From contig JAEUTB010000111.1 in NCBI GenBank assembly GCA_016787995.1, positions 14,775-78,774 on the forward strand: a DNA stretch of 64,000 bases, given 5' to 3'. Numbering within the stretch: the first letter of the stretch is position 1; the number at the start of each line of letters is the position of its first letter. The position numbers and the translations under genes were made by a program. Of the stretch, positions 54,677-63,725 are shown one piece after another. This DNA is from Flavobacteriales bacterium (GTDB lineage: Bacteria > Bacteroidota > Bacteroidia > Flavobacteriales_F > PHOS-HE28). Below the pieces are notes generated by a model. The model was not told the DNA's origin, did no database searches, and was given only the letters and a program-made list of their open reading frames with translations.

Positions 54677-55396
54677 TCAGCCCTTGTTCGGATCCACGAA
54701 ACCTGTGACCCGATCGATGAGTTCCTCGAACCGGGTGGGATCGAAGCCCACGATGAAACCGATGCCGGACAGCACGCAAGCCATCCGTTTGTAGGCTTCT
54801 TCACGGATGTCCGATCCTTCCGTGGTGACATCGCTGAAGAGGTGACCTTCGAAGAAGCCCCAGGTCGCGATGAGCACCAAGTACACGAAGAAGCCACGGC
54901 TAAGGGAAACCCATGGAAGCTCGTACATGAAGGAGTACCGTCTGATCATGCGTTCAGGGATCTTACCCTCCCCCTGTGCAAAGGCGTTCAGCAAGCGGAT
55001 CCACATGCCCTCGAATCGGAAGTTGTAGCTGGTGCAGCCACCGACGAATGCAGCCAGAACGCACAGGAGTCCCACGTTGGTCGGCGTCCAATAGAATAGG
55101 ATGGCGGCCAGGGCTTCGCTCCTTGTCAACGTTTCAACGAACGCACGTGGGGGGTCGAATTCCAAGGTGCCACATTCGTAGTAATTCCGCATGGCGATGC
55201 GGTAGGGCGCACTGTCCATCGAAGAGCCGACGGTGAACACGGCTACCCATGCTGCAATGCCTAAGAGACCAAGACCCATGTACAGCCCTTGCCATAGCCG
55301 AAGGGGCTTCAACTTGGCCATTTGTTCGAGCACCGACCCACGTCCACTCGGTGGTTGCTTGGGCACTTGATCCGCTGTGTCTTCTGTCGTGGTCAT
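54677..55396 (-). CDS. multi-pass membrane protein, unknown function
   Basis: Internal start MTTTEDTAD. At least 5 hydrophobic helices (e.g. LYMGLGLLGIAAWVAVF, VGLLCVLAAFVGG, FFVYLVLIATWGFF). Confidence 0.5.
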   Translation of the reverse strand: MTTTEDTADQVPKQPPSGRGSVLEQMAKLKPLRLWQGLYMGLGLLGIAAWVAVFTVGSSMDSAPYRIAMRNYYECGTLEFDPPRAFVETLTRSEALAAILFYWTPTNVGLLCVLAAFVGGCTSYNFRFEGMWIRLLNAFAQGEGKIPERMIRRYSFMYELPWVSLSRGFFVYLVLIATWGFFEGHLFSDVTTEGSDIREEAYKRMACVLSGIGFIVGFDPTRFEELIDRVTGFVDPNKG

Positions 55397-55409
55397 CGGT
55401 TGCGACTTT

Positions 55410-56057
55410 TCATTCCACCCACCGATACCCCAACACCCTCCGCGCCCCATACCCCGCCACACACACCTTGTTGCTTTGGTTGCCGCCCAACACTTGGTAG
55501 CCCGTGCCTTTCGTTTCGAGATAGAAGGCCACATGCCCCGCATTGGGATTGTTCGGATCGCTGCGATCGAACACGACCACACAGCCGTATTCGGGTGCGC
55601 TCAACTTGCGGCCCCACTTCAGCCAGCTGCGCGCGGCAGCGGAATTGGTGCCGACGATGCCCGCCTGTTGCATGCACCAGTTCACGAAACCCGAGCACCA
55701 AGGCGTTTCATCGCTGGTGGCCGGGTTGGTGGTACTCCGCAGGTATTGGATGATACGCGGGTTATGCTCCGGTCCTGGGTATTCCTGCACGCCCAGCTCT
55801 GCGCGGGCGATGGTGATCCATGCGGGTTCGTCCACCGGCGGGGCGCCGGGTATGGCTTCCACATGGTATTTGTTCACCCAACCTTCCAGCGTGCCGTCGC
55901 GCAAGGTGGCCTGCACACGGAGCCAGTCGCCCTGCGGTCCGGAGAGGCGCAGCAAGGGAGTACCATAGGGCAGACGGCCGATGATGTTGTCGCCGAGGGC
56001 GGCGGTGCGTCGTATGCGCAGCACGCTGGCCGTGGTGCGGTGGGTGGGCAATGGCAT
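55410..56057 (-). CDS. SH3-like plus TIGR02594/CHAP-like cell-wall amidase family protein
   Basis: Start MPLPTHRT. The SH3b-like region is ...GDWLRVQA...EGWV. It is followed by NPRIIQY...TPWCSGFVNWC...GHVAFY....LGGNQSN, a Cys-His papain-like pattern. Confidence 0.7.
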   Translation of the reverse strand: MPLPTHRTTASVLRIRRTAALGDNIIGRLPYGTPLLRLSGPQGDWLRVQATLRDGTLEGWVNKYHVEAIPGAPPVDEPAWITIARAELGVQEYPGPEHNPRIIQYLRSTTNPATSDETPWCSGFVNWCMQQAGIVGTNSAAARSWLKWGRKLSAPEYGCVVVFDRSDPNNPNAGHVAFYLETKGTGYQVLGGNQSNKVCVAGYGARRVLGYRWVE

Positions 56058-56248
56058 GGTGGTGGTCTCCTCCTCTACTGTTCGTGCACCGTGCACGAGC
56101 AGTGGGTCAAACCTCATGCTCCTAAGCGCCCTTCACCAAGCGCCGAGGGGGGGCGATCCACCGGGGTGTTCCCCGCAATTCACCCGGGCAAGGGTGTGGC
56201 GGATGGTGCGGAAGACTTAACACACGATTCGGTGGACTTGTCCTAAAC

Positions 56249-56914
56249 TTGAGGCACCACCGCATGTTGCCCGCTCCCATCCCGTTGGCCTTGATCGACG
56301 ACCATACGCTGTTCCGCAGCGCCTTGGCCGATATGCTCGCGGGTGATGCGCGCTTTGAAGTGGTGGTGCAGGCAGCGCACGGCGCCGAGTACCTGCGTGC
56401 GGTGCAAGGCGGTGTACAAGTGGCGGTGGCGGTGGTGGACCTGCACATGCCGATCATGGACGGCTTCGAGACCATCGCGTGGATCCGCGATCATGCGCCG
56501 GGCACACGGGCGGTGGCCCTCTCCTTCGACCTGAGCGAGGAGGTGCGCCAGCGCGCGCTGAAGGCCGGTGCCTGCGGTTTCCTGCGCAAGGACACCACCA
56601 AGGACCATTTCCTGGCGGCGCTGATGCAGGTGGCCGTGGTGGGGCAATTGCCGCCCGATGCGGCGCAGCACGACCAGCGCGCCGAGCAGGCGCAGAGCCG
56701 CAGCGAGCTGCTAGCGAAGTTGAGCCAGCGCGAGCTGGAGTACATGCGGCTGCTCTGCGCCAACGGCGACAGCACCGCCGAGCAGCTGGCGGCCCAAATG
56801 CAAGTGGGCGTGCGCACGGTGGACGGCTACCGCGAGGGCGCCTACCGCAAATGCCAGGTGCATTCGCGCGCCGGCCTGGTGGCCTTCGCCTACAAGTGGG
56901 GCTTGTACCCGTAG
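56249..56914 (+). CDS. NarL/FixJ (LuxR-HTH) response regulator
   Basis: The receiver has LALIDDH, the phospho-acceptor VVDLHMP, ALS and K. The C-terminal LuxR HTH is LSQRELEYMRLL...TVDGYREGAYRK. Confidence 0.85.
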   Translation: MRHHRMLPAPIPLALIDDHTLFRSALADMLAGDARFEVVVQAAHGAEYLRAVQGGVQVAVAVVDLHMPIMDGFETIAWIRDHAPGTRAVALSFDLSEEVRQRALKAGACGFLRKDTTKDHFLAALMQVAVVGQLPPDAAQHDQRAEQAQSRSELLAKLSQRELEYMRLLCANGDSTAEQLAAQMQVGVRTVDGYREGAYRKCQVHSRAGLVAFAYKWGLYP

Positions 56915-57136
56915 TGCGGTCGTGGTGCCGCTGAACCCTTATGTCCGTAGGTATTGCGCGTTATGGCCCGTACACCGGTGCACGGTGCGTGCCGCCCACA
57001 ATGGCATGTGCGATACGTCTAAATTACGTGGGTACACTACCGTCTTTTAGACCTTGTGGACCGCGCTGCGGCATTCGAACTTCGCCCGAACGAACCGCGT
57101 GCGCTCCTCTCCCGGCCACGCACGATCCGAACGACC

Positions 57137-57805
57137 ATGGCCGGCGAGAACCCCTTACCCACCACCGTGGCGGTGGTGCATACGGATGAGCTGATGCGTG
57201 TGGGCATCCACACGGTGGTGGAACATGAAACCGACCTGCAGGTGCTGCATACGGGCGAACGCCTGGATGCCTTGACCGCCGAGGTGGCCACAGGTGCGGA
57301 AGCCGAGCCGCAGGTGCTGGTGGCCCAGCTGGCCGCGCCGTTGGACCTGGGCTGTGCAGCCCTTCGTAGGTGGCGGCGGGCTTGTCCGCAGGCGCCCGTG
57401 GTGGTGATCGGCGAGCTGACACCGCTGCTGGTGCAGCGCGCGGTGGAGGCCGGGGCCATGGGCGTGTTGCCGCTGCACGTGGCGCGCACGGAGCTGGTGC
57501 AGTGCATCCGCACGGTGGCCGGTGGTGGGCTGCACGCGAACAGCTGGTTGCAAGCGCGGTTGCGCGCGGGCCATCAACGGCTGCGCAGCGCGGGTGCCGA
57601 CGCCGGTGTGCTGCTCACGGCGCGCGAAGCGGAAGTGCTCCGCCTGATGGCGCACCCCGCCGGTCATACCTACCAGGTCATCGGGGAGCAGCTCGGGATC
57701 AGCGAGGCCACGGTGCGCACCCACCGCGACAACCTCTTCGCCAAGTTGGAGGTGAACAACCGCCAGGCCTTGGTGGCCGAAGCCACGAAGCGCGGATTGG
57801 TGTAA
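57137..57805 (+). CDS. atypical LuxR-HTH response regulator with degenerate receiver domain
   Basis: Start MAGENPLPTTVAVVHTDE. The expected acidic pocket and phospho-Asp are replaced (HTDE; VLVAQLAAP). The LuxR HTH is intact: LTAREAEVLRLM...ISEATVRTHRDNLFAKL. Confidence 0.75.
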   Translation: MAGENPLPTTVAVVHTDELMRVGIHTVVEHETDLQVLHTGERLDALTAEVATGAEAEPQVLVAQLAAPLDLGCAALRRWRRACPQAPVVVIGELTPLLVQRAVEAGAMGVLPLHVARTELVQCIRTVAGGGLHANSWLQARLRAGHQRLRSAGADAGVLLTAREAEVLRLMAHPAGHTYQVIGEQLGISEATVRTHRDNLFAKLEVNNRQALVAEATKRGLV

Positions 57806-58017
57806 CGGCTCGTTCGTTCCACCGCGTTGATCGGCAGGTGCTGCGACGAACGCTGTTCTATGGAACGCGCGCGCGAGGCACCGATGGTGCGCGTAACGCT
57901 GGCGCGTGATCCGTGGAAGGTGCACATGCTGTTCGGATGGGAGGCACCGGCGCGGCGGGGTAGGCAACTGCCAGCAAGAGTGGTGCAACTCTCCGGGCAG
58001 GGTGCGCACCTGCTCAT

Positions 58018-58395
58018 GCAAGGTGTACAACTGTCCGCGCAAGGTGTACAACTGTTCGTGCAAGGTGTGCAACTGTCCGCGCAAGGTGTACAACCGTTCG
58101 TGCAAGGTGTACAACTGTCCACGCAAGGTGTACAACTGTCCGTGCAAGGTGCACAACTGTCGGTGCAAGGTGCACAACTGTCCGTGCAAGGTGTGCAACT
58201 GTCCGTGCAAGGTGTACAACTGTCCGTGCAAGGTGCACAACTGTCCGTGCAAGGTGTACAACCGTCCGTGCAAGGTGTACAACTGTTCGTGCAAGGTGCA
58301 CAACTGTCCGTGCAAGGTGTACAACCGTCCGAGCAAGGTGTACAACTGTTCGTGCAAGGTGTACAACTATCCGTGCAAGATGTGCACCTCCTGGT
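58018..58395. repeat. 21-bp tandem direct repeat array (17 good copies plus degenerate flanking copies)
   Basis: The unit GCAAGGTGTACAACTGTCCGT starts at 58018, 58039, 58060 ... 58354 with exact 21-nt phase. Variation is mostly transitions at three positions. Degenerate copies lie at ~57977-58017 and 58375-58395. Confidence 0.95.
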
Positions 58396-58630
58396 GCGTG
58401 GAAGTGGACATGATGGATGGCTCGCACCGCGGGTGATCCCGTTGTGCCACAAAAGCGTTGGCCGCGTGGACTATTCGTGCGAACCGCTGTGGGCGCGGTC
58501 CCTGGCGCATGGGCATCCGCCGTTCGGCGGAGGGCGGCCCCCGCCCTATGGCGTGGATAGGGTAACGAACAGGTTGCGCCCAGCGGATAAGGGCCACAAA
58601 CCGGGCCTCGGCCCACAAAAAAACAAACCG

Positions 58631-59263
58631 ATGTTGAAGCAGTATTACATCCTGAAACTGGGGTTGGACCGGATCACCCCGAGCGCCTTGCTGGTGAAAG
58701 CCCGCAACATGGTGAGCAAACTGACCGGCAACGCCGCCTTCGCCACCCCCACCCCGCCCTTGGCGGCGGTGACCGCAGCGGCGGACCTGCTGCAAGGGGC
58801 GATCAACGCATACGAGGCCAACCCGGGTCCGAACGAGCTCACGGACCGCACCATCGCCTTCGAGCAGGTGAAGGGCTTGGTGACGGACCTGGGCGGCTAC
58901 ATCCAAGCGGCCAGCGGTGGCGACCTGGCGCTGATCAAGAGCGCGGGCTGCCAGGTACGCAAGGAGCGCACTCCGGTGGGTGAGCTGCCGGCCCCTCGCG
59001 GTATCTCCGCCGTGGGTACGGCACTTACGGGTCGCATCGACATCAGCTGGGGCGGGGTGCGCGGTCGCCTGATGTACGAGCCCGAGATCTGCGAGGGCGA
59101 TCCCAACGTGGAGAGCAATTGGCGCGTGCTGCAGCTCACCAGCAAGAACCGCTTGTCGGTGACCGGCCTCAAGAGCGATGTGCTGTACTACTTCCGCGTG
59201 AAGGCCATCGGCACCGCGGGCGCTGGTCCGGTGAGCGAACCTGCAGTAGCCAAGGCCGCCTAA
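58631..59263 (+). CDS. fibronectin type III domain protein
   Basis: The ATG at 58631 is preceded by an A-rich leader (cacaaaaaaacaaaccg). The C-terminal FN3 signature is ...LTGRIDISWGGVRG...YEPEI...WRVL...LSVTGLKSDVLYYFRVKAIG. Confidence 0.7.
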   Translation: MLKQYYILKLGLDRITPSALLVKARNMVSKLTGNAAFATPTPPLAAVTAAADLLQGAINAYEANPGPNELTDRTIAFEQVKGLVTDLGGYIQAASGGDLALIKSAGCQVRKERTPVGELPAPRGISAVGTALTGRIDISWGGVRGRLMYEPEICEGDPNVESNWRVLQLTSKNRLSVTGLKSDVLYYFRVKAIGTAGAGPVSEPAVAKAA

Positions 59264-59366
59264 GCGGAACAGTTTCCTTCTTCACCTGCAAAGACCCGGG
59301 GTCTGCCACGCACGGCGGATCCCGGGTCGCGGGCTGGACACACGAACCACACCAACACCCCAACGC

Positions 59367-59768
59367 ATGAACGCCGCACACCTCCTCAACGCCGCCTACG
59401 AACAGGACTACCTGGACTGGCACCAACACACGGGCCCCTATGCCGGTGTGCCCTTCGACCCGCGCACCTTCGCCCAGCTGGTGCGCGAACAATACCCCGC
59501 CGAACCCGCCTGGGCCGATGCCATGGAACGCTGCGACCGCGCTTGGCATACCGAGTGGTACACCACCTTGTACCCGCCGTACGAGCGCAAGTACGTCCGC
59601 CACCGCGGCAGCTTCTGGCTGCAGCACCCGCAGCTCGGCACGTTGCTGGTGGACCACTTGCAGAGCGGCGACATCAGCGGCATCGAGTACTGGGCACGTC
59701 TGGGCCACGAGAACCTTGAACCGCTGGAGCACGTATTGAACAGGCTCGCGATGTGCCCTGTGCGATGA
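59367..59768 (+). CDS. hypothetical protein
   Basis: 133-aa ORF. Its stop overlaps the next ATG (ATGA at 59765-59768). Confidence 0.55.
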   Translation: MNAAHLLNAAYEQDYLDWHQHTGPYAGVPFDPRTFAQLVREQYPAEPAWADAMERCDRAWHTEWYTTLYPPYERKYVRHRGSFWLQHPQLGTLLVDHLQSGDISGIEYWARLGHENLEPLEHVLNRLAMCPVR

Positions 59769-60532
59769 CCATCCAACCCCTCACCCCCGACGTGCCGCAC
59801 CGCGCGTACTGGATGCCCGACCTGGAGTGGGGCCGCGCGCTGTGGCACGCGCACACGCCGTACTGCTACGCGCGCTGGTGCGAGGAGTACGACGATGTGA
59901 TGGGCATCGGCGGCTACGTGAACCACGGCGACAGCGCCCTGCTGGACCTGCTCTACATACACCCCGACGAGACGGGTCGTGGCTACGGCACCGCACTGCT
60001 CCAAGACCTGCTGGCCCACGCCGACAGCGAAGGCATCGCCACCATGGTGGCCTACGTGCGGCCCGCGCTGGTGCCCTGGCTGCAACGCCACGGTTTCGCC
60101 CCCCATGGGGAGATCCTCCGCTGCACCGGCGGCCGATTCCTGCAGGCCACGCTGGACGAAGTGGAACCGATGGAAGCGCAACATCTGCTCGGCGTGTTGC
60201 ACTTGGACCGTCGCGCCACCGGCGAAGACCGCCGCACCTGGCTGATGGAGCATAACTACCTCGGCAGCGTGTACAACGAGCGCGGCCGCATCCGCGGTTT
60301 CGTGCTGCCCCTCTTGCGCGACGCGCTGATCGTGGCCGACGTCCCCGAAGTGGGCCTGGAACTGCAGCGCTGGGTCTTCCCCGTGCAAGAGCACCTCCTG
60401 ATCCCCGCCACGAACAGCGCCGCCCTCCAGCACCTGCACGAGCGCGGCTACACCAGCACCGTGGACACCGTGCGCCTCGTGCGCGGCGTGGTGCCGGACT
60501 ACAAAGGGGAACTGGTGTATGGGTTCGCGTAG
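59765..60532 (+). CDS. GNAT-family acetyltransferase-like protein
   Basis: Start MTIQPLTPD. The acetyl-CoA-binding-like region is LYIHPDETGRGYGTALLQDLLAHADSEG. Confidence 0.65.
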   Translation: MTIQPLTPDVPHRAYWMPDLEWGRALWHAHTPYCYARWCEEYDDVMGIGGYVNHGDSALLDLLYIHPDETGRGYGTALLQDLLAHADSEGIATMVAYVRPALVPWLQRHGFAPHGEILRCTGGRFLQATLDEVEPMEAQHLLGVLHLDRRATGEDRRTWLMEHNYLGSVYNERGRIRGFVLPLLRDALIVADVPEVGLELQRWVFPVQEHLLIPATNSAALQHLHERGYTSTVDTVRLVRGVVPDYKGELVYGFA

Positions 60533-60554
60533 GTCATTTTACTGAAATGAAAAG

Positions 60555-60585
60555 ACGAAGCCCGGCGTGTTGCGCCGGGCTTCGT
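60555..60585. terminator. GC-rich hairpin between convergent genes (bidirectional intrinsic terminator candidate)
   Basis: acgaagcccggcg-tgtt(g)-cgccgggcttcgt forms a ~13-bp stem. An A-run lies 5' (aaaaga) and T-rich bases 3' (gcgtt). Confidence 0.6.
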
Positions 60586-60600
60586 GCGTTGGGGGGGGAT

Positions 60601-61953
60601 TCAAGGCTTACCCTTCAACCCTGTGGTCAATATCGTGACCGCCAATTGCGAGGGGAAGGTGCGCTGGATGAACGCATCGCCCGCGTTGATGGAATAGCTG
60701 ATGCGCAGCACATTGCTGATGCCGATGCCAAAACGCACCTGGGCCATTGCCAATGAACGCAAGTCGCCTTTGGCCAGATTACCATAGAACGCTGGATTGC
60801 CGATGAGGAGAGAGGGCCGCGCACTGGCGAAGAAGCTCAAGATGCCATCGCGCCCCGAAAAGCTGGTGTGCAACTCGAACCCGAGGTCGCTGTGGAAGGG
60901 CACCTGTACTTGGTCTTCGGCATATCGCGTGAGATCGATCGAGAGTTTGGGTTGGAAGCTGGTGCGGAACATGAACAAGCCGGTGATGCTCGTGTATCCG
61001 ACCAATGGCATTCCGAAGGTGGCGACAGCGTTGCCGCCTCCACCAAGTATGCGTTGGGCCTGGTCCTGTGCCACCTGTTCAGCATCCACTTCGGTGGTGT
61101 CGCCTTTGCCCACGTTGCTCAACAAGCCACCGAAACCGACCCGAAGCGGGCCGATATAATCGTGGAAGATCTCTGAATACAAAGCACCGTTGCCCGTCTC
61201 AGTACTTAACGTTAGGATATTGCTCTGAAGGAACTTGGACCCTTCCTTGAAGAATGGGTCGTAGAACCGTCTGGTGGTCTCGGCAAGTCCATCTACGGCT
61301 ACCCATTCCGTACGATGCATGGCCCGGAATGCACTCATCAAGGCCTCGCTTTCGAGTCGGACCTTGGCCAGTGAATCGGCCATCAACTGCCGGATGCTGT
61401 CGACTTTGGCGGACATATCCTTGTGGTCTTTGGCCTGGACCAATGCCGCCATCCGTTTTTGTTCGAAACGTTCTTCCACCTTCTTGGTCAGGCTGTCACG
61501 GTAGTGCTGGATCCGATCGATGGAACCACTGCGTGCAACCATTCGGCGAAGTGCGGTCGCTTCCGCATCCACCCGTTCCTTCTGCGCATCTTTCTCCTCC
61601 TTCACCACATTGGAAACGGAATCGAGTCTAGTGCTTAGTGCTTTTGCGGCTTTGGAGAGGCTATCGCACAAGCCCTTCAACTCCTTGATGCGTTCATCCT
61701 TACTGGCTGCTGCAACCACCGGTTCGCTCAATTTCTGCGTGCGCTCCAGCAACCTGCCCAAGCCAAGGGTGTCCACAGCGCGCTCGGTCAGCTTGATCAT
61801 TTCTTGGGACACCTTGACTGAATCGGAGCTTGCTGGCGGTTGGAACCAACGTACTTTCTCGCGGGTCGGTGTGAAGTATGGGATGTTCTGTGCGACCGCT
61901 TCCTGCCCGAGCAGGAGACCGATCAAGATGACTAGGGAGGTTACTGGGCGCAT
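60601..61953 (-). CDS. secreted coiled-coil protein with beta-rich C-terminal domain (possible outer-membrane protein)
   Basis: Signal peptide MRPVTSLVILIGLLLGQEAVAQ. A long helical middle section is followed by a C-terminal part of alternating beta-like segments. Confidence 0.6.
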   Translation of the reverse strand: MRPVTSLVILIGLLLGQEAVAQNIPYFTPTREKVRWFQPPASSDSVKVSQEMIKLTERAVDTLGLGRLLERTQKLSEPVVAAASKDERIKELKGLCDSLSKAAKALSTRLDSVSNVVKEEKDAQKERVDAEATALRRMVARSGSIDRIQHYRDSLTKKVEERFEQKRMAALVQAKDHKDMSAKVDSIRQLMADSLAKVRLESEALMSAFRAMHRTEWVAVDGLAETTRRFYDPFFKEGSKFLQSNILTLSTETGNGALYSEIFHDYIGPLRVGFGGLLSNVGKGDTTEVDAEQVAQDQAQRILGGGGNAVATFGMPLVGYTSITGLFMFRTSFQPKLSIDLTRYAEDQVQVPFHSDLGFELHTSFSGRDGILSFFASARPSLLIGNPAFYGNLAKGDLRSLAMAQVRFGIGISNVLRISYSINAGDAFIQRTFPSQLAVTILTTGLKGKP

Positions 61954-62096
61954 GGGGTGTTGGTTTGGTGCTGCGAACCAACAGCGACCGGCCCCGCGCG
62001 AACAGCGTTGTATTCACCGGCGGGGAACACGTACTTTTCACAGGTGCCCGCCTGAAGTAGGCGGATTGTTTTGCGGCACTAACCAATTCCACCACG

Positions 62097-63044
62097 ATGA
62101 GAACGAGACACCTACTCCTATTGATCCTGGCAATCTTCGCACTTGCCGCTGCCTACCTCTTCTATAGGCGATCAACAGAAGGTAGCATCCCCCCCGGGAG
62201 TTCAGGGTTCGAGGATTCTTACGTCAAGGCACTCGAACTCGGTTGTGCGCGCTGTGACTTCGAGCGGTTCTTTGCGGTAAAGGCCGGTGGCACTAAACGT
62301 ACCCTCGTGCCAGATATCCTGATCGACCTGACGTCATTCGAGCGGGAACTCGATGCTGCCTTATCAGTGAATACCTCGAAGGATGTGGGAGTCATTGTGT
62401 ACCATGGTCTTCAGACGCTGGAAACGAACCAGTTTATCTACAGGCCAGAGATAGAATTCGTCGGATTGAAAGAGCTCAACGATGATGTGTGGGATCTGGA
62501 AACCATACCGGATAGTCGTTATTCGATCGACCTAATGAATGGTTCGTTGGTCAGGACCGGACCCGGGCACGGCTGGGAAACCTACAAGTCGCACATGCAC
62601 GTGCACAGGACCATCCAGGATGCCACCAACGACCCGGGCTTCCAGAATGCACCATCCGTATCTGAAGGTGATGACGTTAGATATTACATCTTCAAGTATG
62701 ATGGACGCTTGAGTAAACTACTTGGTCAAAGTTTCGGCCTGAAAGCGTCTCGGCTAAAGTTGATAAGCACAGCTGAACCTTCCATCGAACCTGGTCACAC
62801 GGGTGAAATGCGTCATCACGTAGCTATCGCGCTTTGCACGGTTGAAGCCAATGGAACCGTAGCAGAGCTTGTGGAGGATAGATCTTACTGGCCTTTCAAC
62901 TTCCGGATGAAGGCTCTTGATATCGGCTCTCCCTGCCCATACCGGTGTGCAGACGCTCATTTTCCTGATAAAGGAATACCCATTCGTGCATCGTGCACAC
63001 CCCAGGATCAGAGCTGCACACATACACCTAGGCACTATAATTGA
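62097..63044 (+). CDS. membrane-anchored hypothetical protein
   Basis: N-terminal anchor MRTRHLLLLILAIFALAAAYLFY. No motif recognised. Composition is somewhat more AT-rich than neighbouring genes. Confidence 0.55.
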   Translation: MRTRHLLLLILAIFALAAAYLFYRRSTEGSIPPGSSGFEDSYVKALELGCARCDFERFFAVKAGGTKRTLVPDILIDLTSFERELDAALSVNTSKDVGVIVYHGLQTLETNQFIYRPEIEFVGLKELNDDVWDLETIPDSRYSIDLMNGSLVRTGPGHGWETYKSHMHVHRTIQDATNDPGFQNAPSVSEGDDVRYYIFKYDGRLSKLLGQSFGLKASRLKLISTAEPSIEPGHTGEMRHHVAIALCTVEANGTVAELVEDRSYWPFNFRMKALDIGSPCPYRCADAHFPDKGIPIRASCTPQDQSCTHTPRHYN

Positions 63045-63053
63045 ACTAGTGCT

Positions 63054-63725
63054 GTGCTAACGTTGCTATCACTCTGGGGCTGGATCTCCTTGGGCAAGTG
63101 CGCGCTGGTGTTCGCGGCGCTGGTAGCCTGGTCGCTGGGCTGCAAAGCGCTGGGCGCAGGTTCCAACTGGCTGGGACTACAACTCGTGGCGGCGCTGGTG
63201 GCGGAATGTGCCGCCACTGCGCTGTCCTTCCAGGGCGAGAACAACCTGCGCGTGTACGATGCCTACCTGCCCGTGGAGTTCGTGGCGCTGTTGTGTTATG
63301 CCCTGACCTGGTCGGGCTTGCTGCGTGCCAAGGGTATCATCCTCGGCGTTTGCCTGACCCTGTATGGTCTTGTGCTTTGGAACGAGTTCCCAACGGCTTG
63401 GATCAAGCAGTCCTTCACCACTAACAGTTACATGCTCGGCGGCCTGGGCCTCGTTTGTGCAAGCGTGTTCGCGCTGTTCCGGATCGCCATGCGTTCGGAA
63501 GTGCCCATGATGAAGGTGCCCAGCACATGGGTGTTGCTGGGCATCGTGGTCTTCTTCGGCGGCAGCATCCCGCTCTTGGGTCTCACCAATGCGCTCATCG
63601 AACGCCAAGTGGCCTGGGCGCCGAACATGTACTTCATCAACGACGCGCTCTTCCTCTTCCGCTATGGTTGCGTGCTGGTGGCGGTGTTCATCGGTCTGCG
63701 TAACCCTACCCCGTCACTTGTATGA
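63054..63725 (+). CDS. multi-pass membrane protein
   Basis: 223 aa with about 6 hydrophobic helices. Its stop overlaps the ATG of the downstream kinase (ATGA at 63722-63725). Confidence 0.55.
   Translation: MLTLLSLWGWISLGKCALVFAALVAWSLGCKALGAGSNWLGLQLVAALVAECAATALSFQGENNLRVYDAYLPVEFVALLCYALTWSGLLRAKGIILGVCLTLYGLVLWNEFPTAWIKQSFTTNSYMLGGLGLVCASVFALFRIAMRSEVPMMKVPSTWVLLGIVVFFGGSIPLLGLTNALIERQVAWAPNMYFINDALFLFRYGCVLVAVFIGLRNPTPSLV

Noticed and set aside
58018-58395. 21-bp array as a CRISPR locus
   Set aside because: The repeats are directly abutting with no spacers. The unit is shorter than CRISPR repeats, and no cas genes are nearby.
57155-58630. Long ORFs on both strands crossing the 21-bp array (57155..58366 minus, 57670..58452 minus, 57827..58630 plus, 57906..58436 plus, 58014..58616 minus)
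   Set aside because: The repeat unit lacks stop codons in all six frames, so these ORFs are an automatic consequence of the repeat. The plus-strand frame is continuous with the FN3 gene. However, a good ATG with an A-rich leader at 58631 makes the shorter gene more likely. This is left open in the findings.
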